Below are positions 20,787 to 30,563 of a stretch of DNA of 64,000 nucleotides, in pieces. The notes under the pieces were generated by a model. It did not search any database and was not told where the DNA came from. It saw nothing but the letters and a program-made list of their open reading frames with translations. This DNA comes from an uncultured Methanosarcinales archaeon (lineage in GTDB: Archaea > Halobacteriota > Methanosarcinia > Methanotrichales > Methanotrichaceae), in assembly GCA_963843555.1 (NCBI GenBank), contig CAWJKV010000010.1, positions 32,001 through 96,000 on the forward strand, in the 5' to 3' direction. Each line of letters begins with the position of its first letter. The first letter of the stretch is position 1. The translations under genes and the position numbers were made by a program.

Positions 20787-21730
20787 TCCCCATGATCCAG
20801 GAGAGCCTGGCCGTATTTCTTCTGGCCGTAGCCTTCGATATCCTCCTCGGTGAGCCGCCTGCCAGGATTCACCCTGTGGTCTGGATCGGCAGATTCATCG
20901 CCTTCCTGCGCACACGGGCCGGGCCGAGCCGGATGCAGGGTTTTGCCCTGGCCTTCACAGTAATTGCAGTCAGCGTTCTGACAGGCTACTTCCTGGTCTA
21001 TACCGCATCTGCAGTTCCATTTCTGCCCCTCCTGGTTGCGGCCTACCTCTTCAAATCCACCTTCGCGATTCGCTGTCTTCTGGAAGTCTCCAGGGATATA
21101 GGAAAGATGATCGATCAGGACATGGACGAAGCCAAAAAGATGCTGCCCGCGCTCGTGGGACGGGACACTGAATCCCTCACCCGCTCCCAGGCCAGCTCGG
21201 CGGTGATAGAGTCGCTATCTGAGAACTATGTGGACTCCATACTCTCTCCCATCTTCTACTACCTGGCTTTTGCGCCAGTCGGCCTGGGCCTGGAGGCGGC
21301 TATTGCCTTCAAAGCTATCAGCACCATGGATTCCATGCTCGGCTACAAGACGCCCGGGTTGAAAGAGTTGGGATATGCTGGGGCCAGGCTCGACGATCTG
21401 GCCAACTTCATTCCGGCACGCTTGAGCATTGTATTGATAGCCCTGGCACGGCCCGCGAGGGCGGGCGCGACCCTAAGGGCTGCCTTTCAATACCATAATG
21501 CCACGCCCAGCCCCAATTCCGGCTGGCCCATGGCCGCCACGGCCGGCGCTCTTGACGTTCGCCTGGAGAAGCCCGGCTACTATGTGCTGCTGGAAGATGG
21601 AAAGGAACCGCATACCTCTGATGTGCCCCGCGCCCTGGGGCTCATGAAGGCTGTCATTGCCCTGACCCTGGCGTCGGCGTTGATTATCCTGTTTTATTGG
21701 GCGCTATTCTCCGGATCCCGCGGATTTTAA
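20783..21730 (+). CDS. cbiB: Adenosylcobinamide-phosphate synthase
   Basis: GEPPARIHPVVWIG, ESLSENYVD, DSMLGYK and PSPNSGWPMAA. Confidence 0.93.
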   Translation: MIPMIQESLAVFLLAVAFDILLGEPPARIHPVVWIGRFIAFLRTRAGPSRMQGFALAFTVIAVSVLTGYFLVYTASAVPFLPLLVAAYLFKSTFAIRCLLEVSRDIGKMIDQDMDEAKKMLPALVGRDTESLTRSQASSAVIESLSENYVDSILSPIFYYLAFAPVGLGLEAAIAFKAISTMDSMLGYKTPGLKELGYAGARLDDLANFIPARLSIVLIALARPARAGATLRAAFQYHNATPSPNSGWPMAATAGALDVRLEKPGYYVLLEDGKEPHTSDVPRALGLMKAVIALTLASALIILFYWALFSGSRGF

Positions 21731-21776
21731 TTTGTCACCATAATGTTTATCCGATTCGAGAGAAAAGTCTCTGCAA

Positions 21777-22427
21777 ATGGAAACCATGGCAGATCTCCTG
21801 GAGAAGGTTCGCGAATTTGCAATGTACTCTTTTACAAAGGAAGAGGCCCAGAAGCTATTTGGCTGGAATGTATCGGAGTTCCAGTTTAAAGGCACACAAA
21901 ACGACGAGACCCACGTCTTCATAGTCTTCGAAAATGGGCATATCCTTTTCATCAAGTATTTCCTCAACCTCGACCCCACGGAGACTGATGATACCTGCGA
22001 GTTTATCTTCGGCATGAGGACAGATCTGTGCTCTCGCATAAAATACGGAATCCATTACGGGAACTATATCCACGGCCAGGGTTACATCCGCCTTCGAGTC
22101 GCAGATATGAAGAATCGGATGCAACAGATGATGCTGGAAGAGTTCTATATCCCGGCCTTGAAGAACGTCTATAAACCTGTCATCATGCAGTTTAAAGGCT
22201 TCTTTGACAAGGATTTCTTTGGTGTGGAGGCGGACAACGCCAGCTCCCTGATCTACTATGCACCGGTTCGCTCCAGGAGCGAGCATAAAGAGGCCAGGAT
22301 TGGAGAGGTTATAGGCCGCTTGAACGAGCTGAACCTGCTTCTCAAGGAGCCGCAGATAAGGCATGATCTGGCAGAGATAGATTTCCAGCTCAGCCTGCTG
22401 CCATCGATGATGGGGTCCGGCCTCTAG
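21777..22427 (+). CDS. Hypothetical protein
   Basis: 216-aa ORF with protein-like composition and no recognised motif. Confidence 0.65.
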   Translation: METMADLLEKVREFAMYSFTKEEAQKLFGWNVSEFQFKGTQNDETHVFIVFENGHILFIKYFLNLDPTETDDTCEFIFGMRTDLCSRIKYGIHYGNYIHGQGYIRLRVADMKNRMQQMMLEEFYIPALKNVYKPVIMQFKGFFDKDFFGVEADNASSLIYYAPVRSRSEHKEARIGEVIGRLNELNLLLKEPQIRHDLAEIDFQLSLLPSMMGSGL

Positions 22428-25400
22428 CCGGTCTTTTTGCAGCAATCCAATTGACCGGGCAGCTGCTCCAGCAGCTCTTCATAATCCCCTTTCTGAAGCT
22501 TCTCTCGCAAAAGGCTGGCTTGATGCCCCTCCTCCGGCCGGATTGCTGCCGTTTCCAGGAAATCGATGACTTTTCCGGCGATCTGATGAAAGGCGGCGGA
22601 AGGGAATCTTTCGCCCTCATTCCAGGCCATGCGAAGGGCATTGATGTAGTCCGCTCTGGCCTCTTCCTTGCGGCCGGTATGCGCTTCGCACTCTGCCAGA
22701 TCGGCCAGGGCCTTGATATTCAGGTCGGCATATCCGAGCATTCTCGCCTGGCGCTGCCGCAGGATGGCCATCTCCTCGGCTCGCGCATAGTCCTCCTGGG
22801 CCAGGAAGAGAAAAGTCAGATCATGGTAGAGGGTGATGATATCAAACAATGCACCCAGGTGGATGAAGGCTGATAGCGCTTTTTGCAGCTTGACCAGGGC
22901 CTCTGCATAGTCCCTCCTGGCCAGGGCCAGCCTCCCCAGATTGGCAATGGCTTTTGCCTCCTCGTGGAGATTGGAGATCCTCCGGGCTAAAGAGAGAGCC
23001 TTCTCAAAGCAGCTCTCTGCCTCGGTGTGGAGACCATCCTTCTGATAGAGCTCCCCTTGAGTATTGTAGAGCAGGATCTTCAGGGGCGGGTAATCAGTAC
23101 GTGATATCAGGGTCTCGGCCCGGGAGAGATAGAACCTGCTCTCCAGAGATCGACCCTCTCGAATCTTGAAGAGAGCTGCCGCCAAATAGCCCTCGCACAA
23201 ATCAGGCAACGCACCGAGACCTTCCAGGAGATCTATAGCCTCGCAAAATAACAGATCAGCATCATTCAATTGACCCATCTGGCCGAGGATAGTGCCCAGG
23301 TTCAGCTTGGCCAGGGCGATACAGGGAACAGCATCAAGATTCTGAAATAGATTCAAGGCTTCACCAAACATCGCCTGAGCCCTGGCCAGATCGCCCTTGT
23401 CTTTATGGACAAGTGCCATATTGAAGATCACCTGAGCACGGTTGTAGAGTTCACCCGTCCTGCCGAAGAGCTCCAGGCTTTCTTTGTAGCTGGAAAGGGC
23501 CATTTCCCACTGGCAGCGATCCGTGTAGCTGCCTGCCAGTGCAGCGAGCACCTCGGCCTGGCCGGAGAGGTCGCCAACTGCCTCCAGCTCACTTAGCTGC
23601 TTCAGGTAATCATCGATTCTGGAAGGAGTGTCTCCCCGGCCGACCTTGATCATGTCGATACTGGCCTGCATCTCAGCCGCACCCTCTCTATCCCGCAGAC
23701 GCTTCTCTATTTCCAGGCCCCTCTGGAAATGCTCCAGAGCCAGATCTCGCTCGCCCCTGCGGTGATAGAAGTTGCCGAGATTGCCAAGCACCTGGGCCAC
23801 ACCTGCCCAGTCGTCCAGCTTCTCGAAGAGATCCAGGCTCTTTTGGTAGCTCTCCAGAGCCCCCGACCATTCGCCTCTCTTATAACAGAGGCTGGCCACA
23901 TTGCTCAAGACAGAGGCCTCGCTCTGGGCATCGCCCGCCTTTTCAAAGCCCTCCAGACTGAAACGGTAGTTCTCCAGAGCTCTTGTCCAGTCGCCGCGTC
24001 GATAGCAGATATTGCCCAGGTTGTTCCTGGCCACGCTCAGGGCGTAGATGTCACCCAGCCGCTCCAGGATGGCCAGACTCTCATGATAACTATCCATGGC
24101 ATCATCCCACTGGCCAAGATCGGCACGGAGGTTGCCAAAGGAGCATAGGACGGTCGCCACCGCCTGAGAGTCGCCCATAGATCTGAGTATATCCAGAACC
24201 TGGGCGTATTTGGCTTCCGCCTCCTGCCACTGTCCACGCCGCAAGCTTACATTGACCAGCGGTCCCAGGACCTCAATCATAGCAGATGAGTCTTCTCTCT
24301 CGATCTCCAACGACAGGCTATCCCGGAAGTGCTGCATAGCTCCCTCCAGATCGCCTTCTTCGGCCATGATGATTGCCAGACCGAGCAATGATCTCCCCTC
24401 TCCTCTGGAGTCTCCCATCTCCCGGAAGCCCTCCAGGCTCTGGCAATACATCTCCCGAGCCTTTTCCTTTTGACCGGACCGGAAATAGACCGTGGCCAGA
24501 TTGCCAAGCGTTGTGGCTATGCCGTGTTTATCATTCTCTGCACTCCTGGCCTCCAGGCTCAGGTTGTAGCATAAAACGGCTTGCAGGCTATCGCCCCGAT
24601 CTGAGTGAAGGTTTCCCAGATTGTTTTGTGCCGCAGCAAATCCGCTAACATCTCCCAGATTCTCAAAAGTCAGAGCCGCTTCATCAAAATGGGACTTTGC
24701 CAAATCCCATTCTCCTTTGAGCTGAAGAGCCAGGCCCAGGTTTAGCTTTGCGGTGGCTGCGCCCAGCTCATCTCCTAGCTGCTCTCTCGTTGTAATGCTC
24801 TTCTGGAAATAATCCTGGGCCAGGGAAAAGTCACCCTTACTCTGATAGATCAGCCCCAGATTGGATTGGGTCTGGGATGATCTCTGCTTATTGCCCAGAC
24901 GATCGAAGACTTCCAGCGCACGGCCATAGTAGTCCAGTGCAGTATCCAGTTCGCCCTGCAAATGATGCATGCTTCCCAGGTTGGATAGTGACTCAGCCGC
25001 AGACAAAGGTTCGCCGTTTTCCATAGACAAGACTGCAGCCCTCTGGTAGCACTCTATGGCCAATGCCAATTCGAGGCGTTCGGTTTGGATCAGCCCCATG
25101 CAATTGAGGGCAGCCACAGCTCCGCTGCGATCCTTCTGTTGCTCCTTGATCTCCAGGCATTGCCGGGAGCATTGCAGGGCTTCCTCCAGGAGACCTTGCC
25201 GGCGGTGGATGCCCGCCAATAAAAGGAGCGCATCCGCAATGGCGGAGGAGTCGCCCTGGCCCTCCATGATTGCGATGCCCCTCTGCAGATGGTCTTCTGC
25301 AGAGATGCATTCACCCTGCTCCAGGAAGCATTGGGCCATGCGAGAAAGAGTTTGGGAAGCGAGGGTCGGATTGCTTTCCTGCAGGGCAACCACGCACTTC

Positions 25401-26281
25401 CCATAATCGTCCAGGGCTTCCTTAAACCTGCCTTCATGGAAGTGCATATCAGCCAGGCGGTTTTGCATCTCGGCCGAGCCTGCCCTGTCATCGAGATCTT
25501 CCAGATAGTGCCTGGCCGCTTCCAGGCAGCTTTGCGCACGTTTGCCATTGCCGGTGAGCTGATAGATTGAAGACAGGGCGGCCAGAGCCCGGGCTGTGCC
25601 ACTCAAATCGTGGGCCAGCTCCCGCTCGCCGAGACACTTCCGATAGCATTCCTCCGCCCGGGAAAGGTCCCCTTCCATCTGGTATAGATCGCCCAAATTG
25701 CTGAGTGCATCAGCCCGGCCGGCTCTGTCATCAGCCAGGAGCACATCCAGAATGCGAGAATAGCACGATACAGCTTGAGGGTACTCACCCTGCAGCCGGT
25801 AGATGCTGCCCAGATTTCCTAAAATCGGGCGCATAAGTGAGGATTTTTCGCATCCATCTATGGCCCGCAGGGCTTTTTCATAGCACAGGCAAGCGCGATT
25901 CCAGTCTTCTTCTTCGCCGTAGAGGCTGCCCAGGCTGAACATCACTCGCGAGACATTCTCATGGTCGCCCTGAATATTCGCAAGGCTTGCGCTCTTCTCA
26001 TAGTATTCGATGGCTGCCTGATGGAAGAATAAGCGGTGAGCCAGAAAGCCCAGGTTGAACCAGGCCTGGAAGCTGTTGATGTGAGAGGCGTAATCAGCCA
26101 GTTCGGCAAGCTTTTCTTGCATAAGATCTTCATCGGAAGAGAGTATGGCCTCAATGAAAGAAGAAATAAGCTCGGGCACATTCTGGGATAGGCCCCTCAG
26201 CCGCTCCGGCTCGTAGCCACCTGGGTCAGAAAGGATCTCGGCAAAAGACCCGAGGCATGAGACAATGCGGTCGGTGGGCAC
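22424..26281 (-). CDS. Giant TPR repeat protein (1285 aa)
   Basis: Tandem ~40-aa repeats (AxxLxNLGxxYxxxGxxxxALxxYxxSLxxxExLGD) over nearly the whole length. Confidence 0.9.
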   Translation of the reverse strand: MPTDRIVSCLGSFAEILSDPGGYEPERLRGLSQNVPELISSFIEAILSSDEDLMQEKLAELADYASHINSFQAWFNLGFLAHRLFFHQAAIEYYEKSASLANIQGDHENVSRVMFSLGSLYGEEEDWNRACLCYEKALRAIDGCEKSSLMRPILGNLGSIYRLQGEYPQAVSCYSRILDVLLADDRAGRADALSNLGDLYQMEGDLSRAEECYRKCLGERELAHDLSGTARALAALSSIYQLTGNGKRAQSCLEAARHYLEDLDDRAGSAEMQNRLADMHFHEGRFKEALDDYGKCVVALQESNPTLASQTLSRMAQCFLEQGECISAEDHLQRGIAIMEGQGDSSAIADALLLLAGIHRRQGLLEEALQCSRQCLEIKEQQKDRSGAVAALNCMGLIQTERLELALAIECYQRAAVLSMENGEPLSAAESLSNLGSMHHLQGELDTALDYYGRALEVFDRLGNKQRSSQTQSNLGLIYQSKGDFSLAQDYFQKSITTREQLGDELGAATAKLNLGLALQLKGEWDLAKSHFDEAALTFENLGDVSGFAAAQNNLGNLHSDRGDSLQAVLCYNLSLEARSAENDKHGIATTLGNLATVYFRSGQKEKAREMYCQSLEGFREMGDSRGEGRSLLGLAIIMAEEGDLEGAMQHFRDSLSLEIEREDSSAMIEVLGPLVNVSLRRGQWQEAEAKYAQVLDILRSMGDSQAVATVLCSFGNLRADLGQWDDAMDSYHESLAILERLGDIYALSVARNNLGNICYRRGDWTRALENYRFSLEGFEKAGDAQSEASVLSNVASLCYKRGEWSGALESYQKSLDLFEKLDDWAGVAQVLGNLGNFYHRRGERDLALEHFQRGLEIEKRLRDREGAAEMQASIDMIKVGRGDTPSRIDDYLKQLSELEAVGDLSGQAEVLAALAGSYTDRCQWEMALSSYKESLELFGRTGELYNRAQVIFNMALVHKDKGDLARAQAMFGEALNLFQNLDAVPCIALAKLNLGTILGQMGQLNDADLLFCEAIDLLEGLGALPDLCEGYLAAALFKIREGRSLESRFYLSRAETLISRTDYPPLKILLYNTQGELYQKDGLHTEAESCFEKALSLARRISNLHEEAKAIANLGRLALARRDYAEALVKLQKALSAFIHLGALFDIITLYHDLTFLFLAQEDYARAEEMAILRQRQARMLGYADLNIKALADLAECEAHTGRKEEARADYINALRMAWNEGERFPSAAFHQIAGKVIDFLETAAIRPEEGHQASLLREKLQKGDYEELLEQLPGQLDCCKKTG

Positions 26282-26702
26282 GTTATTTGCACCTCGGATG
26301 TGAATCAGATGGATCTGCGAAGAAATTTAGGCAGGAAAGGAATCCTGGATCCTTCACATTTGTGAGACCATCGATATCAAACAACACATATTCCCCCAGA
26401 ACTACCAGAATATTAACACTAACTTATTTCATATGTATAAACTGTTCGTCCATATAAATTCTTTGATTTCTTTAGAATGTTAGACACTTAACATACAAAA
26501 ATTAATATTGATTGGCGACGAAATGGATCAGTTATATACAACTCCGGGGCCAGAAGATTCGGATCGAAAATAAGATGTGTTTTTTTACATTTACAGTTTT
26601 ATATATATTTTGAGTCCGCATAAGCCCGGAACTGCTGGCCTGCATTGGACATGCCATGAGCCCACGACGTCCGACGCAAGTTGTCAGCCTCTTGCTCTGG
26701 AG

Positions 26703-27089
26703 CTACTTAAGTACCAGCTTCAATGCTCGCTGGGGGCAGCCCATGACACAGGCTCCGCACTGAATGCACTTACCTGAATCGGCAACGACCCGCCAATCCT
26801 CAAAGCGAAAGGTCTTCGTAGGGCAGATGGAAACACATGCCCCACAGTGGACGCATTCATTCTCATCCCTGATTACAGGTATCTCCAGGGGCACGACCCT
26901 AACGCCCCGTCTCTCGAAGGCCTCCTTTACCTCTACACACTTTTCGGAGGGAACTTCCAGAACGATCTCTCCACTCACGGCATCGATGCTGGCCCTCTCA
27001 ATATTCACCAGGGCCGAGGTCTCCAGAATGACTGAAGCTATGAGTGGATAGCGGACGATACCAGGGGCAACATGAAGCATCAGTTTCAT
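26703..27089 (-). CDS. NIL-domain 4Fe-4S ferredoxin (homocysteine biosynthesis partner)
   Basis: VNIERASID NIL motif plus CVHCGACVSICP and CIQCGACVMGCP. Confidence 0.9.
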   Translation of the reverse strand: MKLMLHVAPGIVRYPLIASVILETSALVNIERASIDAVSGEIVLEVPSEKCVEVKEAFERRGVRVVPLEIPVIRDENECVHCGACVSICPTKTFRFEDWRVVADSGKCIQCGACVMGCPQRALKLVLK

Positions 27090-27091
27090 CT

Positions 27092-28594
27092 CTACCGCCT
27101 CCGCGCAAAAAGCCGGGAAAGGTGATCGCTGGTAATCATTCCGATCACTTTATCCTCTCTATCCACTACCGGCAATGCCGAAATGCTATGCGTATCCAGA
27201 GTTCGAGCAGCCAGCTCAATTGGCTCATCCAATCGGGCAGAATGAACCCGCCTGGTCATGATCTCTGCAATCCGGGAGGGCTTGCCGCTGGCTACTGCTT
27301 TGGATATATCCCAGGCAGTGATGATACCCATCAGCCTTCCATCCTTGGAGACCACCGGCAGATGATCAAAGCTGCCGCTCACAATCAACTTGGCCGCCTT
27401 ATCCACTGGGATATCCTCCTGAACTGTGACCACGTCGCGGCTCATGACATCACCCACGTTTGGCGACTCCTTGGTCTGCTTCATGGGCCGGGAACTGCCC
27501 ACGCGTGATAGAGGCTCCACAGCCTGACTGAGCAGAAACTCGCCCTTCTCGACCTCCTCCTTCAGAGTCCTGGCAACCTCTCTTGCCACCTGGAAGCTGG
27601 AGAGGGAGGAGCTTGCCACCTCCTTTCCATTCAATTCGATCGTTCCTGACTTCAGGTCTTCATAGCTTACCATTCTGATAGAGGGACGGTCCCGGCGCTG
27701 GATGCCGTAATCCACTACAGGAACAGTGATATCTCTATCCCGCACGGCAGTGCTCCTGGCCAGCTTCTCATTCAGGATCGGTATGGGAATTCCCAGGCCC
27801 AGGTACAGACTGGGGCCGTATTTATGAAATGTAGCCGCTCGCAGGAAACGGTTGCTCATCTTTTTCATGTCTCCCGTGACCATGAGCGTGGAGAAGTTAT
27901 TCTGGGGATTATGCTGCGTGCCGGAGCCGATGACAAATCCCTGCGCTCCTCCCAGAAAAATGCGCGTGCCGATCCCGATGTAGTCGAAGTTTGGATCATT
28001 GGACAGGGGCGAGAGCACTCCTGCACCGCTATAGTGAATATTGCCAAAGCCCGGAAGCAGCGTGCCCATGTAGGTATGCATCGTCCTATCGGATGAATTG
28101 GTGGCCGCATTGTAGCGCTGGTAAGCGTTGCGTGGATTGACCATGGTGGCCTGGTTGAAGTCCTCCAGGCGTAGACTGGTCTCAAGTTCCATCTGGGGGT
28201 AGCAGTCAGTGGGTCCACCCTGGGCCTCAACTTCGATCTGCTTTCCCGAGACGAGATCTTCTATGACATGGGCCCCACCATACTCGATTCCTCGATCCTC
28301 CGAAGGCTGAGTCGCTCCCAGGAAGAGATCGACAGCCGCGATGCCGCCATAGGCCTCCACCTTATTGAGCATAGCCCGGACAATTTTTATGGGCGGGTCG
28401 CTGTGGCCCAGATTGAGAAAGACTCCCGAGGAGCACATGGCTCCAAAGGTTCCAGTGGTTACTACGTCCACCTCGCGCACCGCTCCTGCAGGGCCCAGCT
28501 CGTCCACGAGGTCTGGCATCTCTTCTGCTGTTACGACGCGGGCCGAGCCGTCACGAATGCGTTCGTTAATCTCTGATAACGACTTCTCTTGCAC
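27092..28594 (-). CDS. Homocysteine biosynthesis protein, DUF39 plus CBS pair (aspartate-semialdehyde sulfurtransferase)
   Basis: VDVVTTGTFGAMCSSG, NPRNAYQRY and a C-terminal CBS pair, followed by the NIL ferredoxin. Confidence 0.92.
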   Translation of the reverse strand: MQEKSLSEINERIRDGSARVVTAEEMPDLVDELGPAGAVREVDVVTTGTFGAMCSSGVFLNLGHSDPPIKIVRAMLNKVEAYGGIAAVDLFLGATQPSEDRGIEYGGAHVIEDLVSGKQIEVEAQGGPTDCYPQMELETSLRLEDFNQATMVNPRNAYQRYNAATNSSDRTMHTYMGTLLPGFGNIHYSGAGVLSPLSNDPNFDYIGIGTRIFLGGAQGFVIGSGTQHNPQNNFSTLMVTGDMKKMSNRFLRAATFHKYGPSLYLGLGIPIPILNEKLARSTAVRDRDITVPVVDYGIQRRDRPSIRMVSYEDLKSGTIELNGKEVASSSLSSFQVAREVARTLKEEVEKGEFLLSQAVEPLSRVGSSRPMKQTKESPNVGDVMSRDVVTVQEDIPVDKAAKLIVSGSFDHLPVVSKDGRLMGIITAWDISKAVASGKPSRIAEIMTRRVHSARLDEPIELAARTLDTHSISALPVVDREDKVIGMITSDHLSRLFARRR

Positions 28595-28685
28595 ATTGGC
28601 TCAAAAGTCGGCAATCCGATAAAAACTTATTGGGCTTTTCCAGTCCAACAACGTTATCTGCCTTAACCAAAATGGAGTCGATCAG

Positions 28686-30188
28686 ATGCCACAGATGCCC
28701 GGCAAGAGAATTGTTCTCACCAGCGACCCCACCATGATGAGCAGCTATCACGGCGGTGTAATGCTCGGCTTTGCCTCCATCATGCCGAGATCGATGCTGC
28801 CGGACTGGATATTCCGAAAATTTTTCTGCCCGCCCGTGCCCGTACTTGAGGACGGCTCTGCAGCAATCGCCCCCTGCGGCATGAGAAAAGTGGAAGCGGC
28901 TTTGCTGGACGCAGGCTTCACCAGGGAGGAAGTGATGGTGGCCCATCCCTATCACCTGGACAGGGCCATCGGCCCGGAGACGGAGATCGTGGGGATAACT
29001 CATGACGACCCCATGGGAAAGATCGCGTTTCGTGAAATCGAGGATATCATAGGACGCGGACCCCCCTTCAACCGTTCCAAGTTTCTGGAACTGGTTCGCC
29101 ACCCGCTCATAAAAGAGCACAGGCCGAAGGTTGTTCTAGGAGGCAACGGCGCCTGGGAGGTGATGGGCGAGGACGTGGGCGTCGACCACATCTACCTTGG
29201 CGAAGGAGAGGGCGATTTTCCCGAGATTTGCCGCAAGATCATGAGTGGAGAGGCCGTCCCTTCTGTGATCCGGGGGACAGCGGTTCCAGGAGAGCGGATT
29301 CCCACTAATCGCGGCGCTACCATCGGAGGCATCGTGGAGATCGGCAGAGGCTGCTGGAGGGGGTGCGCCTTCTGCTCGCCGGCCATGCGCACCATGCGTC
29401 ATCGGCCGCTGGAAAATGTCCTGGAGGATGTGCGAGTAAACCTGGCTGCTGGTCAGAGGGACATCATCCTGCACAGCGAGGATTTCTTCGCTTATGGCTC
29501 GGCCGGGATGATCTCCAATGAGGAGAAGGTGCTGGAGCTGGTGTCAAGAGTAAAGCAGCTCGGACCGAAGACCATGGACGTCTCGCACTTGAGCCTGGCT
29601 GCAATCCATCAGAACCAGGGGCTTTTGAGAAAGATCTCCGAGATTGTAGGCATCGGCGCGGATCAGAATCACATGTCCGCCTGGATCGGCATTGAGACAG
29701 GAAGCTGTCGCATACTGGAGATGCATATGCCGCGCAAAGCACTTCCAGGTGAGACCGGCAACTGGCCAGAGATCGTGAGAGATTGCTACCGTCTCTTCGC
29801 CGAGGAGTCCTGGCTTCCAGTAGCCAGCCTGGTCCTGGGCCTGCCGGGAGAGAGAGCAGAGGATGTCGTCCAGACCACAGAACTGGTGGAGTCTCTGATG
29901 GACTATACCGGGCTCATTCTGCCGCTTTTTTTCACCACCATCGCCGATACAAAGCTTGGCGGCACAAGAGGCTTTAGCAAAGAGGATGCTCTGCCTGAGC
30001 ACTGGCAGCTGGTGGGATTGTGTCTGGAGTATAACCTCAGACACCTCAAGAAACTGCACCGTCTCTACAGCGAGAGAATGACCGCCAGTTCATTAGAACA
30101 CGCCGCCCTGACTGGAATAAATCTGATGGCGGACGTTGTCTTGAATAGGTATATGAAGAGAATGAAAAGAGGCGAGCCCCCCAATTGA
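28686..30188 (+). CDS. Radical SAM protein with B12-binding-like N-terminal region
   Basis: APCGMRKVEAAL and EIGRGCWRGCAFC (CxxxCxxC). Confidence 0.85.
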   Translation: MPQMPGKRIVLTSDPTMMSSYHGGVMLGFASIMPRSMLPDWIFRKFFCPPVPVLEDGSAAIAPCGMRKVEAALLDAGFTREEVMVAHPYHLDRAIGPETEIVGITHDDPMGKIAFREIEDIIGRGPPFNRSKFLELVRHPLIKEHRPKVVLGGNGAWEVMGEDVGVDHIYLGEGEGDFPEICRKIMSGEAVPSVIRGTAVPGERIPTNRGATIGGIVEIGRGCWRGCAFCSPAMRTMRHRPLENVLEDVRVNLAAGQRDIILHSEDFFAYGSAGMISNEEKVLELVSRVKQLGPKTMDVSHLSLAAIHQNQGLLRKISEIVGIGADQNHMSAWIGIETGSCRILEMHMPRKALPGETGNWPEIVRDCYRLFAEESWLPVASLVLGLPGERAEDVVQTTELVESLMDYTGLILPLFFTTIADTKLGGTRGFSKEDALPEHWQLVGLCLEYNLRHLKKLHRLYSERMTASSLEHAALTGINLMADVVLNRYMKRMKRGEPPN

Positions 30189-30222
30189 GTTTTGAAAGAC
30201 TCCTGCGAGGCGATGCCGTCTA

Positions 30223-30525
30223 TTAATAATTCTCCAGAACGGACCTCACCACACCCTTGTGGTCTCCTTTGAGGGAATATACGTTATGGTCTCCGGAAAC
30301 ATCAATGCTCAGAATGCCCAGGCGAGTATTCATAAGCCCCACCATAGCCGAGACTCCACGATAGCTGACGTCAAAACCTTCCTTCGCGAGGTATGTGAAG
30401 ACGTCCTCAGTGGTGTAAGCTCCATCGCTTAAAAACAGCTTTAGGACGGCCTTCCTGATTCCTATACCGTCCCGCTTAAGATAATTCCTGAGTCTCTCCT
30501 GGATTCGTTCTTCAGCGCTCTCCAT
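30223..30525 (-). CDS. DUF2551-family protein
   Basis: YLKRDGIGIRKAVL and VSYRGVSAMVGLMNTRLGIL. Confidence 0.8.
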   Translation of the reverse strand: MESAEERIQERLRNYLKRDGIGIRKAVLKLFLSDGAYTTEDVFTYLAKEGFDVSYRGVSAMVGLMNTRLGILSIDVSGDHNVYSLKGDHKGVVRSVLENY

Positions 30526-30563
30526 CCGGTAAAATCACCGCCTCGAAATAATGAATTTAAGGA

